64,000 nt of DNA from an uncultured Anaerolineales bacterium (GTDB lineage Bacteria > Chloroflexota > Anaerolineae > Anaerolineales > UBA11858). Position 1 is the stretch's first letter. The number at the start of each line of letters is the position of its first letter. The stretch is taken from contig CAZVPR010000009.1 of NCBI GenBank assembly GCA_964629085.1, positions 2,119-66,118 on the forward strand, given 5' to 3'. Below are positions 17,234 through 26,000 of the stretch, one piece after another. The notes beneath the pieces were generated by a model. The model ran no database searches. It saw only the letters and a program-made list of their open reading frames with translations, and had not been told where the DNA came from. Made by a program: the position numbers and the translations under genes.

Positions 17234-18193
17234 ATGAAGAAAGCGTTAGTATGTGGGGCGGGTGGTTTTATCGGTGGACATCTGGTAAAGAAACTGAAAC
17301 GAGAAGGTTATTGGGTACGAGGGGTTGATATCAAAAAACATGAATTCGCCACAACTCAGGCGGATGATTTTCTGCTTTTGGATCTCAGAGAGGAAGATAA
17401 TTGTAATGCTGCGCTGACTGTTGGTGATGGTACTTTTGACGAGGTCTATCAATTGGCGGCAGATATGGGCGGCATGGGTTTCATCCATTCAGCCGAATGT
17501 GAGATCATGCGCAACAGCGCCCTGATCAATGTTCACATGACGCATTTCGCCTCGAAAATGGGCGTACCGCGTTATTTCTTTTCATCATCGGCCTGTGTTT
17601 ACCGTGACATGCAGCCCGGTGAAGAAGCCCTGACCGAAGATGAAGCTTATCCTGCTTTGCCAGACAACGAGTACGGTTGGGAAAAGCTCTATGCCGAGCG
17701 CATGGCTTACGCCTATATGCGCAACCAGGGCATGCAGGTGCGTGTGGCGCGCTTCCAGAATTGCTATGGCCCAGAAGGTACCTGGGATGGTGGGCGAGAA
17801 AAAGCCCCAGCAGCCATCAGCCGAAAGGTGGCCATGGCTGAAGATGGCGGTACCATTGATGTTTGGGGGGATGGCACTGCGATTCGCGCCTACACCTATG
17901 TCGATGATCTGGTGGATGGTATTTACATGTTGATGCAATCCGATTGCCAGGAGCCCGTCACCATTGGGACGACCGAATTTACTACCGTGGATGATCTGGT
18001 TCACCGAGTCAGTGAAGCGGCAGGCAAGCATATCGAGATCAATCATATCGATGGGCCGGTGGGTGTACAGGCTCGCATATTGAACAAGGATCGCATCCAT
18101 GCATTGGGTTGGGAGGCGCAGTACACCTTCAAAGAGGGCATTGCCATCACCTATGCCTGGGTTGAAGAACAAGTAAAAAATTCCGGGAAATAA
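17234..18193 (+). CDS. GDP-mannose 3,5-epimerase-like NAD-dependent epimerase (extended SDR)
   Basis: I moved the start to the ATG at 17234, 6 nt after an AAGGAGAAA RBS; the listed 17186 start has none. GAGGFIG Rossmann motif. Blocks LAADMGGMGFI, SSACVY, YGWEKL, RFQNCYGPEGTWDGGREKAPAAISRK and WGDGTAIRAYTYVDD align by eye with plant GME. Confidence 0.8.
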   Translation: MKKALVCGAGGFIGGHLVKKLKREGYWVRGVDIKKHEFATTQADDFLLLDLREEDNCNAALTVGDGTFDEVYQLAADMGGMGFIHSAECEIMRNSALINVHMTHFASKMGVPRYFFSSSACVYRDMQPGEEALTEDEAYPALPDNEYGWEKLYAERMAYAYMRNQGMQVRVARFQNCYGPEGTWDGGREKAPAAISRKVAMAEDGGTIDVWGDGTAIRAYTYVDDLVDGIYMLMQSDCQEPVTIGTTEFTTVDDLVHRVSEAAGKHIEINHIDGPVGVQARILNKDRIHALGWEAQYTFKEGIAITYAWVEEQVKNSGK

Positions 18194-18217
18194 AATTCAG
18201 ATTGCGAGGGTAGCAAC

Positions 18218-19381
18218 ATGAGTTTAAAAGATGAGAGTGCCAGGAAAAAAGTTATTGTCAGTGGTTGTTACGATTTGTTGCACAGCGGCCATATTGCCTT
18301 CTTTCGGGAAGCATCGACTTATGGGGATTTGCATGTTGCTCTGGGCTCCGATCAAACAGTCTATGATTTGAAGGGACGTTTGCCGGTCAACAACGAAGAG
18401 GAGCGCCTCTTCATGGTCAAATCGGTGAACTATGTCAAGGATGCCTTCGTTTCTCAGGGATCTGGCATGTTGGATTTCTTGGAGGAATTCGAGCAGCTAA
18501 AACCAGATATCATGGTTGTGAACACGGAAGGCAGTGTTTACGAAAAGCAGCAATTGTGTGAGCAATACGGCGTTGAATACATCATATTGGAGCGAGAGCC
18601 GCATGCCGGCCTGCCGCGCCGTTCGACCACGTCATTACGGACCGTAAACCAAATGCCATTTCGAATAGACATTGCCGGAGGTTGGTTGGATCAACCTTAT
18701 GTGTCGGAGCACTATCCCGGTTCTGTGATCACCATTTCTCTCGAGCCGACGATCCAGTTCAACGAGCGCAGCGGTATGGCCTCCAGCACTCGCCGGGCGG
18801 CCATTGATATGTGGGGGCCAAAACTGCCACCAGGTGATCCGGAAAAAATTTCCAAGATCTTGTTCTGTTATGATAACCCGCCCGGCACCAAGGTGATTTC
18901 AGGTTCGCAAGATGCCATTGGTTTGGTGTTTCCTGGGTTGGCCAAAGCGCATTATGTCGGTGAATATTGGCCGACGCGTATCGAGCGGGTAATGGACGAA
19001 GCAACGCTGCAGTTTGTTGAGAATTCTTTTTATCTGATCACCCTCGGGCCGCGCCATGCCGAATATGATGTTTTAGATAACACCGATTTCAGCCACGAAA
19101 AGGCCAAAGCCCTGGCCGATGCTACCGATGAGTGCTGGCAAGCCATCCTGGCGCATGATATTAATTCCTTTGGCGAGGCCTTTCGAGCTTCCTTCGAAGC
19201 GCAGATTGCCATGTTCCCCAACATGATGAACCCCTCAGTTGCCGAACTAATTGAACAATATCGCGATCGGGCTTTAGGTTGGAAATTGTCTGGCGCTGGC
19301 GGAGGTGGCTATCTGATCCTGGTTTCTGATGAACCCATTGAGAATGCAACCCGGATATTAGCCCGCAGAGTAAACGGATAA
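18218..19381 (+). CDS. Fusion protein: cytidylyltransferase-like nucleotidyltransferase (N) + fucokinase/HddA-like GHMP sugar kinase (C)
   Basis: 387 aa. The N-terminal ~145 aa resemble TagD/RfaE-domain-II (VSGCYDLLHSGHIAFF ... RRSTTSLR). The C-terminal ~240 aa carry GHMP landmarks: RIDIAGGWLDQPY (GGW(S/T)D of fucokinases), SGMASST, GSQD and KLSGAGGGGYLILV. Confidence 0.7.
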   Translation: MSLKDESARKKVIVSGCYDLLHSGHIAFFREASTYGDLHVALGSDQTVYDLKGRLPVNNEEERLFMVKSVNYVKDAFVSQGSGMLDFLEEFEQLKPDIMVVNTEGSVYEKQQLCEQYGVEYIILEREPHAGLPRRSTTSLRTVNQMPFRIDIAGGWLDQPYVSEHYPGSVITISLEPTIQFNERSGMASSTRRAAIDMWGPKLPPGDPEKISKILFCYDNPPGTKVISGSQDAIGLVFPGLAKAHYVGEYWPTRIERVMDEATLQFVENSFYLITLGPRHAEYDVLDNTDFSHEKAKALADATDECWQAILAHDINSFGEAFRASFEAQIAMFPNMMNPSVAELIEQYRDRALGWKLSGAGGGGYLILVSDEPIENATRILARRVNG

Positions 19382-19385
19382 GCGC

Positions 19386-20156
19386 ATGGAATTACCTCAA
19401 CGAGAATCTCCCCAAGGTAAGCCGGTTTCACTTTTTGTGACCTGTTTGGTGGATTTGTTGTTCCCCGATTCCGGGATGTCGGTTGTTCAGGTTTTGGAAC
19501 ATATTGGGGTGAATGTAGAATTCCCTGAGGGCCAGACCTGCTGCGGCCAACCCGCCTATAACGGGGGTTATCGAAAGGAGGCAAAAAAGGTTGCTTTACA
19601 ATTCTTGCGCACCTTTCGGGACGCCCAGGTGATCGTAATCCCCTCGGGTTCTTGCGCAGCCATGATCCGCAAAGAATACTTGACTTTATTCGCGGATGAT
19701 CCCGAATGGCTGCCGGTTGCACAACGATTATCGGCTATCACCTGGGAATTTACTGAATTCATCGTTGATGGTTTGGGCATCAGCGATCTCAATGCCCGTT
19801 TGCCGGAGCCGAAGACTTTTTCTTTCCACGATTCATGTCATGGTCTGCGCCATTTGGGGTTAGGCTCCCAGGCGCGGGAACTCGTGAGTCGTATTGAAAA
19901 TGCCAGCATCGAGGAGATGGAAGAACATGAAACCTGCTGCGGCTTTGGGGGGTTGTTCAGCATCAAGATGCCAGAACTCAGTGGTGCCATGCTTGAGAAC
20001 AAAATCAAACACATCACTGCCTCACCCGCCCAAACGGTGGTTGGTGGCGATGTCAGTTGCTTAATGCATATCAACGGCGGTCTTATTCGCCAAAAATCTG
20101 AACCAAAAGTGCAATATATCGCCGATATCCTGGCCTATGGCTTACGAGGCGAATAA
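19386..20156 (+). CDS. lutA: L-lactate utilisation protein LutA ((Fe-S)-binding, two CCG domains)
   Basis: 256 aa. CCG motifs (TCCGQPAYNGG; TCCGFGGLFS). Followed by lutB and lutC in the canonical order. Confidence 0.85.
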   Translation: MELPQRESPQGKPVSLFVTCLVDLLFPDSGMSVVQVLEHIGVNVEFPEGQTCCGQPAYNGGYRKEAKKVALQFLRTFRDAQVIVIPSGSCAAMIRKEYLTLFADDPEWLPVAQRLSAITWEFTEFIVDGLGISDLNARLPEPKTFSFHDSCHGLRHLGLGSQARELVSRIENASIEEMEEHETCCGFGGLFSIKMPELSGAMLENKIKHITASPAQTVVGGDVSCLMHINGGLIRQKSEPKVQYIADILAYGLRGE

Positions 20157-21556
20157 TGAAAATTCGCTCCAACCAATTTCAACAAGCATCTCAAACGGCT
20201 ATTGCTGATGCGGACCAACGAATTGCTGTCGACCATGGAACTGGAATTGGATTCTCAAAACGTCAACTGGCCATGTACGCAGAGGGAGATGCGCATGGAG
20301 AAGCGTTACGCAAACAAGCGGCCGCCATCAAGCGTTGGGGACTTGACCACCTGCCAGAATTATTAACCCAGGCGGAAAATAACCTGCAAGCCAATGGCGT
20401 CACAGTGCTTTGGGCTGAGGATGCGGCTGAGGCCAACCGGCATGTTTTGGATATCATCCGACAGCACGGCTTGAAGAGGGCGGTCAAAAGCAAGAGCATG
20501 GTGACTGAGGAAGTAGGGTTAAACCAGGCGCTTAATGCGCAAGGTATCGAGGTAGTAGAGACGGATCTGGGGGAATATATTGTTCAAATTAGCGACGACC
20601 TTCCCAGTCATATCGTAATTCCAGTGGTGCATCGCTCTAAGGAAAGTATTCGAGATTCTTTCGTACAGCAGGTGGACATGTCTCCGGATGTTGACACACA
20701 GGAAATGGCTCAATTTGCCCGAGAGCTTTTACGAGAGAAGTTCTTACAGGCAGATCTCGGAATATCCGGGGGCAATTTCATTATCGCTGAGACAGGGGCC
20801 TTGTGCTTAGTGACCAACGAAGGCAACGCCCGCATGGTGACCAGCCTGCCAAACGTTCACGTCGCTTTAATTGGCATCGAAAAAGTGATCGGCACATTGG
20901 AAGATTTCGCTACCCTGACGCAGGTGTTGCCGCGCAGCGCTACGGGTCAGACGATTTCTGTATACACTCATATGATCCATGGCCCACGGCACGATAATGA
21001 AGTCGATGGGCCTGAATATGTTTACGTGATCTTCGTTGACAATGGCCGCAGCCGAATTTATAACTCAAATTACGCTGAGGCTTTGGCCTGCATCCGTTGC
21101 GGTGCCTGCCTGAACGCTTGCCCTGTCTATAAAATTACGGGAGGGCATGCCTATGGCTGGGTTTATCCGGGGCCGATCGGGGCTGTGATCACACCCCTTT
21201 TGAATGGTCTGGAAAATGCCAAACCTCTGCCCAACGCCAGCAGTTTATGCGGACTGTGCAAGGATGTCTGTCCGGTGGATATAGATTTGCCTGGGATGCT
21301 GCTAGATTTAAGATATGACCTTGTTGAACAGAATCACGACCCGTCATTGTGGAAGCGAGGCTTAGCGTTGTGGGCCGCTTTTTGGGCGCATCCTGCCCTT
21401 TACGAGATAACGGGTAAGGTCGGCGCTTTGGGAAGTAATCTGCTTCCAGATAAATTGCCCGGAGTTTTGGGGGGTTGGACAAATTCCCGAACATTACCAA
21501 AATTCACGAGCAAATCATTCCGCCAGCGCTGGAAGGGGCGAGTGACGCATGAGTGA
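20156..21556 (+). CDS. lutB: L-lactate utilisation protein LutB (4Fe-4S ferredoxin-type)
   Basis: 466 aa. Motifs CIRCGACLNACPVY and CGLCKDVCPV. 1-nt overlap with lutA. Confidence 0.85.
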   Translation: MKIRSNQFQQASQTAIADADQRIAVDHGTGIGFSKRQLAMYAEGDAHGEALRKQAAAIKRWGLDHLPELLTQAENNLQANGVTVLWAEDAAEANRHVLDIIRQHGLKRAVKSKSMVTEEVGLNQALNAQGIEVVETDLGEYIVQISDDLPSHIVIPVVHRSKESIRDSFVQQVDMSPDVDTQEMAQFARELLREKFLQADLGISGGNFIIAETGALCLVTNEGNARMVTSLPNVHVALIGIEKVIGTLEDFATLTQVLPRSATGQTISVYTHMIHGPRHDNEVDGPEYVYVIFVDNGRSRIYNSNYAEALACIRCGACLNACPVYKITGGHAYGWVYPGPIGAVITPLLNGLENAKPLPNASSLCGLCKDVCPVDIDLPGMLLDLRYDLVEQNHDPSLWKRGLALWAAFWAHPALYEITGKVGALGSNLLPDKLPGVLGGWTNSRTLPKFTSKSFRQRWKGRVTHE

Positions 21557-22193
21557 CAGCCGAGATAGGATTTTTGCCAGATTGGAGAAATCTTCGGGCC
21601 CAAAATTTAATATTGAGCCAATCGATGAATATCGACCCGTGGTTTCCGTCGATGATAAAAGTTCGGAAGCGCTGCGTGAGCTGTTCATTCAAAATGCCGA
21701 ACGATTGGCCTGTTTGGTCTATCAGGTAGTTGATGAAAATGAGGCCATTCAAACTGTAATTGATTTGTTGAAGGATGCCGAAAAGGTTTCGACCTGGGCT
21801 CAAGAAGAAATCCCGTTACCAGGGTTGTTTGCTGAATTGGATGCCGCAGGAATCACTTTTTCGACGCAGGACAATCCTCGGGTTCGATATGGAATCACCG
21901 GAGCCAACGCGGCAATAGCCGCCATCGGTAGCCTGGTATTGGCCAGTGGCCTGGGGCGTTTTAGAGCTCCATCGATTTTGCCACCCAAGCATATCGCCAT
22001 ACTTGAATCCTCGAAAATTTTTGCCTCGTTGGAAAGTTGGCTGTCGGAACAGCGGAAATCAGGAATTGAAGAACTCCAAAAATCAAGTAACATTGTGTTG
22101 ATTTCGGGCCCCAGCCGCACGGCTGATATTGCCATGGAGTTGGTCATGGGGATGCATGGGCCGAAGGAATTACATATTATCCTGTTGCCTTGA
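21549..22193 (+). CDS. lutC: L-lactate utilisation protein LutC (LUD domain)
   Basis: 214 aa. Overlaps lutB by 8 nt. Position and size fit LutC; the sequence-level call is weaker than for LutA/B. Confidence 0.75.
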   Translation: MSDSRDRIFARLEKSSGPKFNIEPIDEYRPVVSVDDKSSEALRELFIQNAERLACLVYQVVDENEAIQTVIDLLKDAEKVSTWAQEEIPLPGLFAELDAAGITFSTQDNPRVRYGITGANAAIAAIGSLVLASGLGRFRAPSILPPKHIAILESSKIFASLESWLSEQRKSGIEELQKSSNIVLISGPSRTADIAMELVMGMHGPKELHIILLP

Positions 22194-22225
22194 TCTTCTC
22201 AAAATTTGGCTATAAGGAGATAAAA

Positions 22226-22645
22226 ATGCTAGAAAAAGTTCATGAACATATAGTCAGCGAATTACAGCAAAATGCTCGCACGGATACAATTTTCGTCGTA
22301 ACAGCCATTGCATTCAACCTTATCGTTTTGGGGATAAATTCTGCTGTTGCAGGAGAAGCAGCCTCAGCCAATTCAAGTTCTTCCAACGATATTATCCTGG
22401 GTGTTTTTATCATCATGTGCTTGTTGGTAAACGGCATTGCTGTAACAGCGCTGAATTCTGGAAAGCAGTCCCGTGAGACTCTTCTGCATGGTCTACTCAA
22501 GATGTATAGGGATAATGATGTGGCCCAATATTATGACTCAGCCCTGATTGCGGGATACGGAAAACGTTATATCCTTTTTATGAGCGTCATTCTTTGCCTG
22601 GCGGTTACAAGTATTGTGGTGCCTGTAATCATTCGCACTATGTAA
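22226..22645 (+). CDS. Small hypothetical membrane protein (about 3 TM helices)
   Basis: The start is set at the ATG at 22226, preceded by an AAGGAGA RBS; the listed 22190 start overlaps lutC and lacks an RBS. Hydrophobic segments are present and I recognise no family. Confidence 0.5.
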   Translation: MLEKVHEHIVSELQQNARTDTIFVVTAIAFNLIVLGINSAVAGEAASANSSSSNDIILGVFIIMCLLVNGIAVTALNSGKQSRETLLHGLLKMYRDNDVAQYYDSALIAGYGKRYILFMSVILCLAVTSIVVPVIIRTM

Positions 22646-22819
22646 ACTTGGAATTGTAGTTACGCCAGAATATTTTTGTCGCAGACAGGGGCAATATGTT
22701 TGGTTACCCCTTCTCAATAAGGCGGGATTTGTAGGTTCTTTGATAACATAGTTTCAATTCTATTGACCAAAAATAAATAAATTGAATCATCGGTTAACTA
22801 CAGTGGTTGTCAAAGTACA

Positions 22820-22851
22820 TTGACATACCCAAATTTGTTTTTCTTTATAAT
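22820..22851 (+). promoter_or_regulatory. Candidate sigma70-type promoter of the giant gene
   Basis: Perfect TTGACA (22820-22825) and perfect TATAAT (22846-22851), but with a non-optimal 20-nt spacer. The alternative -10 is TTTATA with an 18-nt spacer. Lies in a strongly AT-rich 250-nt intergenic region. Confidence 0.3.
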
Positions 22852-22899
22852 TTCTCCATATTATTAATGTTAAATTGAATGATTTATTGGGACTAAATC

Positions 22900-23001
22900 T
22901 TGATTAGTTTTGATGGCACAAAAATCCTCGGAACTAGGGCAATGGCTGTAATGGTTATTGCTCTTTGTGCTGTCTGGATGCCTCAACAGGTTGCTTTTGC
23001 A
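22900..23001 (+). other. Sec-type signal peptide of the giant protein
   Basis: MISFDGTKILGTR (n) - AMAVMVIALCAVWM (h) - PQQVAFA / DD (AxA cleavage motif). Confidence 0.6.
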
Positions 23002-26000
23002 GATGATGGGGGATCACAACCCACACCAGTTGCTGAAACACAAACCCAAGTTGAAATGGAAAGCGTGGAGGCAGTTGAACCTGAGCAGCCTGGCGGTGAT
23101 GAGAACACAGCTACGGCAGAGGTTGACATTTCTCAGGATGAACAGGATGCGACTGAAAGTGTCCCGGTTGATGAAAATAAGACTCCACATGAACTGCCTG
23201 AACAATTGAACAACGTTGAGGGGGATCCTGTAGATGAGCAAGGGGCTACAATTGAAGATTCCACCGAAACCGATGAAGCACAAGATGGAAAATCGCTGCA
23301 TGCTGAGGCAGGCACGGAAAACTCGGAAGAAGAAAAATCTGAATTTTCAAATGAAGAAATTGATGAGTCTAACAATGGTTCAGGCGATGACGTAGTTGAA
23401 ACGCAAGATGGGAATTTGCTGGACACTGATGCCAACACAGAAAACTCGGAAGAAGATTTCCCTCATTTTTCAGATAATGCAAATGTGGAGTCAAGTGGAG
23501 CATCAGAGCTAGCGGCAGCGGAACTGGAAGAGCAGCAAAATCTTGATGAAACAGAAGCCAGCCAAATGGAGTCAATGGATGGCTCTACTGAAGAACAGGT
23601 TGATCCGATTGAGGGAGATGATTCAAATAAAACAGAAGAAACAGTTGAAGATGATGCAGTTGTCGAAACTGTCGTTCCGGACCCATACTTCTTCGTGGCT
23701 GGAGTCAAGCACAGTTATTTGCCGGAGCAAGGCAATTGTGAAGGCTTAGAAAATTGCCATGTTTCCAGCACACCCATCCAGGATGCATTGAACGCAGTTG
23801 CCGGAGGCCTGACCCCCGATGATGGCACCCTCTACATTGAGGGCGCCATTTATACTGAAGATATCCAGATCAGCAATTTATCTGATCTGACATTGTTGGG
23901 TGCCGCGAATGGCCAGGAAACTACACTTGCTGGCAATGTATCCATTGTTGAATCACAATCCATTACACTGCAAGATTTCACAATCTTAAAAACCATCTTG
24001 TTGGAAGATGCCACGAACATCACCATCAATGGCACCAACCAGGATGACAAGATTTCAGTGACCTTGACCGGAGACAGCCAGGTTGAGGTTGAGGCTGAAG
24101 CGGGGGATGATGAGATCACAGTGCATGGCAGTCATGGAGAAGCCAATGTCAGCGGTGGTGCTGACGACGACGTGTTGGTGATTGATTTCATTTTGGATGA
24201 TGAGCCCGCAGATGCTCAGATTAACTTTGATGGCGGGGATGGATTTGATAAACTGGAAACCAAAGGCGGCAAGTTTGATGTAATTGCCTATTCACCAATC
24301 AACGAACATTCAGGCGCGATATTTTACGACGGCGTGAGTGTACGTTACGCAAATATTGAACCCATCCAAGACCTTAGCCCTGCAACGAAAGCATCCTTTT
24401 TAGGGACAAGCAGTAATGATGTTATCGACATCGAAGATGGGGACATCGTAATTGAAGCTACAAATTGCCCTGGCGGCTGCCAAACAATTGAGATCAAAAG
24501 TGCTAACTTTGAGGATATCAAGATAGCCAATAAGGAAAATGTGATCTTGGATGGCGGTAAGGGGGATGACACAATAACAGTTGATTTTTCCAGTAAAGCT
24601 CAAGGTTTGAAGACATTGGTTGTGTATGGTGGGCAACAAGATCAGAATAAGCTAATTATGGAAGAAATGCCCTCTAGCGGGGTCACCATTCTTTTTGCAG
24701 TTGCTGATAAGGTAGTGATTGAAGGGACATCAAGTGGAGATACCGTCAACATTGTTGATGGTGAAAATTTCATTGGTGCAGGTTACTGTGCGTCTGGTTG
24801 CCAGACAATTAAAGTAACGAGTGATAAATTTGAAAATGTTAGCTTTACAAAGGTTACTGCTGCTACTTTAGAAAGCCGTGACGGAAATGATGTTATCAAT
24901 ATATCACTTTCATCGGCAGCGAAGGATTTGAAAGTTTTGGCTATTGATCCGGGCAAAGGTGATGACAAAATAACAGTGTCAAAATGTATTACACCGGGCG
25001 TTTCACTTCTTATTGATGCGAAGATCCTAGAACAAAAGAAATCATATGGAGATCCTTCATCTAGCGTTTTGTCTTTTGCAGATCGACTAAAAAGTGCATC
25101 CACGGCAACTACTCCTGGGGCACTTTCTTATGTATCGGGTGTTGTGCTCGGAGCATTTGGAAAAGGATTTGGCTTATATTACAAAACGTATGAAAGCGCT
25201 GGTGATGACACGATAACAATCAACGGAACTATTGCATTGAATGGAGGAGCGCTTCAAATAATAGGGGACAAGATAGTCGTTGCGCAAGGAGTAACCATAT
25301 CTACTAGAAAAATTTCCGGGAGTAATTATGCTGATGCACATTCTACAGGGCATTCCGGATTTATTTATTTCAAGAGTATTGATATCACCCTAAATAAGAA
25401 TGCAAAGCTCTATGCGCATGCAAAGACTGCTTCTTCACCATCTCCCTATATATATGGAGAAATTAAATTAGAGGCCATTGATAATAGTCTTGGGGGACTT
25501 GATGGAACTGCTCGTGAAGCATTGCAATTTATCAGCGCCTGGATGGGGACGAATGGTTTTTATAACGATGCTGCGACCATAGATATAAATAATGCCGTTT
25601 TAAAAGGTGGGAATGTCACATTATCTACAAAGGTATTTTACAGCACTGTTTATAAGTTAACAAAAAACCTTTATGATGATTTCAACATCATTAGCATTCT
25701 GAAATTGTTTACTACATTATTAACTGGGTCCGATTTTACCCCCCCGTTGGCTGTGTTTGGGAGAACTTCTGAAGCTGAAATAACTATTCGAGGTGCCAGC
25801 GAGATAGACTCAAATGGTACGGTCTGGATAAAGAGTGATGCTCAATCGGATGCATCCAATGAAGTATCGAATTCATTTTTCAGCCTCGCGTTCAGTATGG
25901 CCTATGCGGTTGCAAAGGTAACGATTTCAGACACGACGAAAATTACTGCCGAAAATGATATTCTCATCCAATCCATTGGTGCGACAACTGCCGCAGTTAG

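Noticed and set aside
144-22147. Antisense or alternative-frame ORFs across the sugar locus (for example 728..1339 -, 4130..4621 -, 5613..6434 -, 8827..9369 -, 10866..11342 -, 17585..18172 -, 16355..16771 -).
   Set aside because: Each lies fully inside a confidently assigned + strand gene with recognisable family motifs. They have no independent support.
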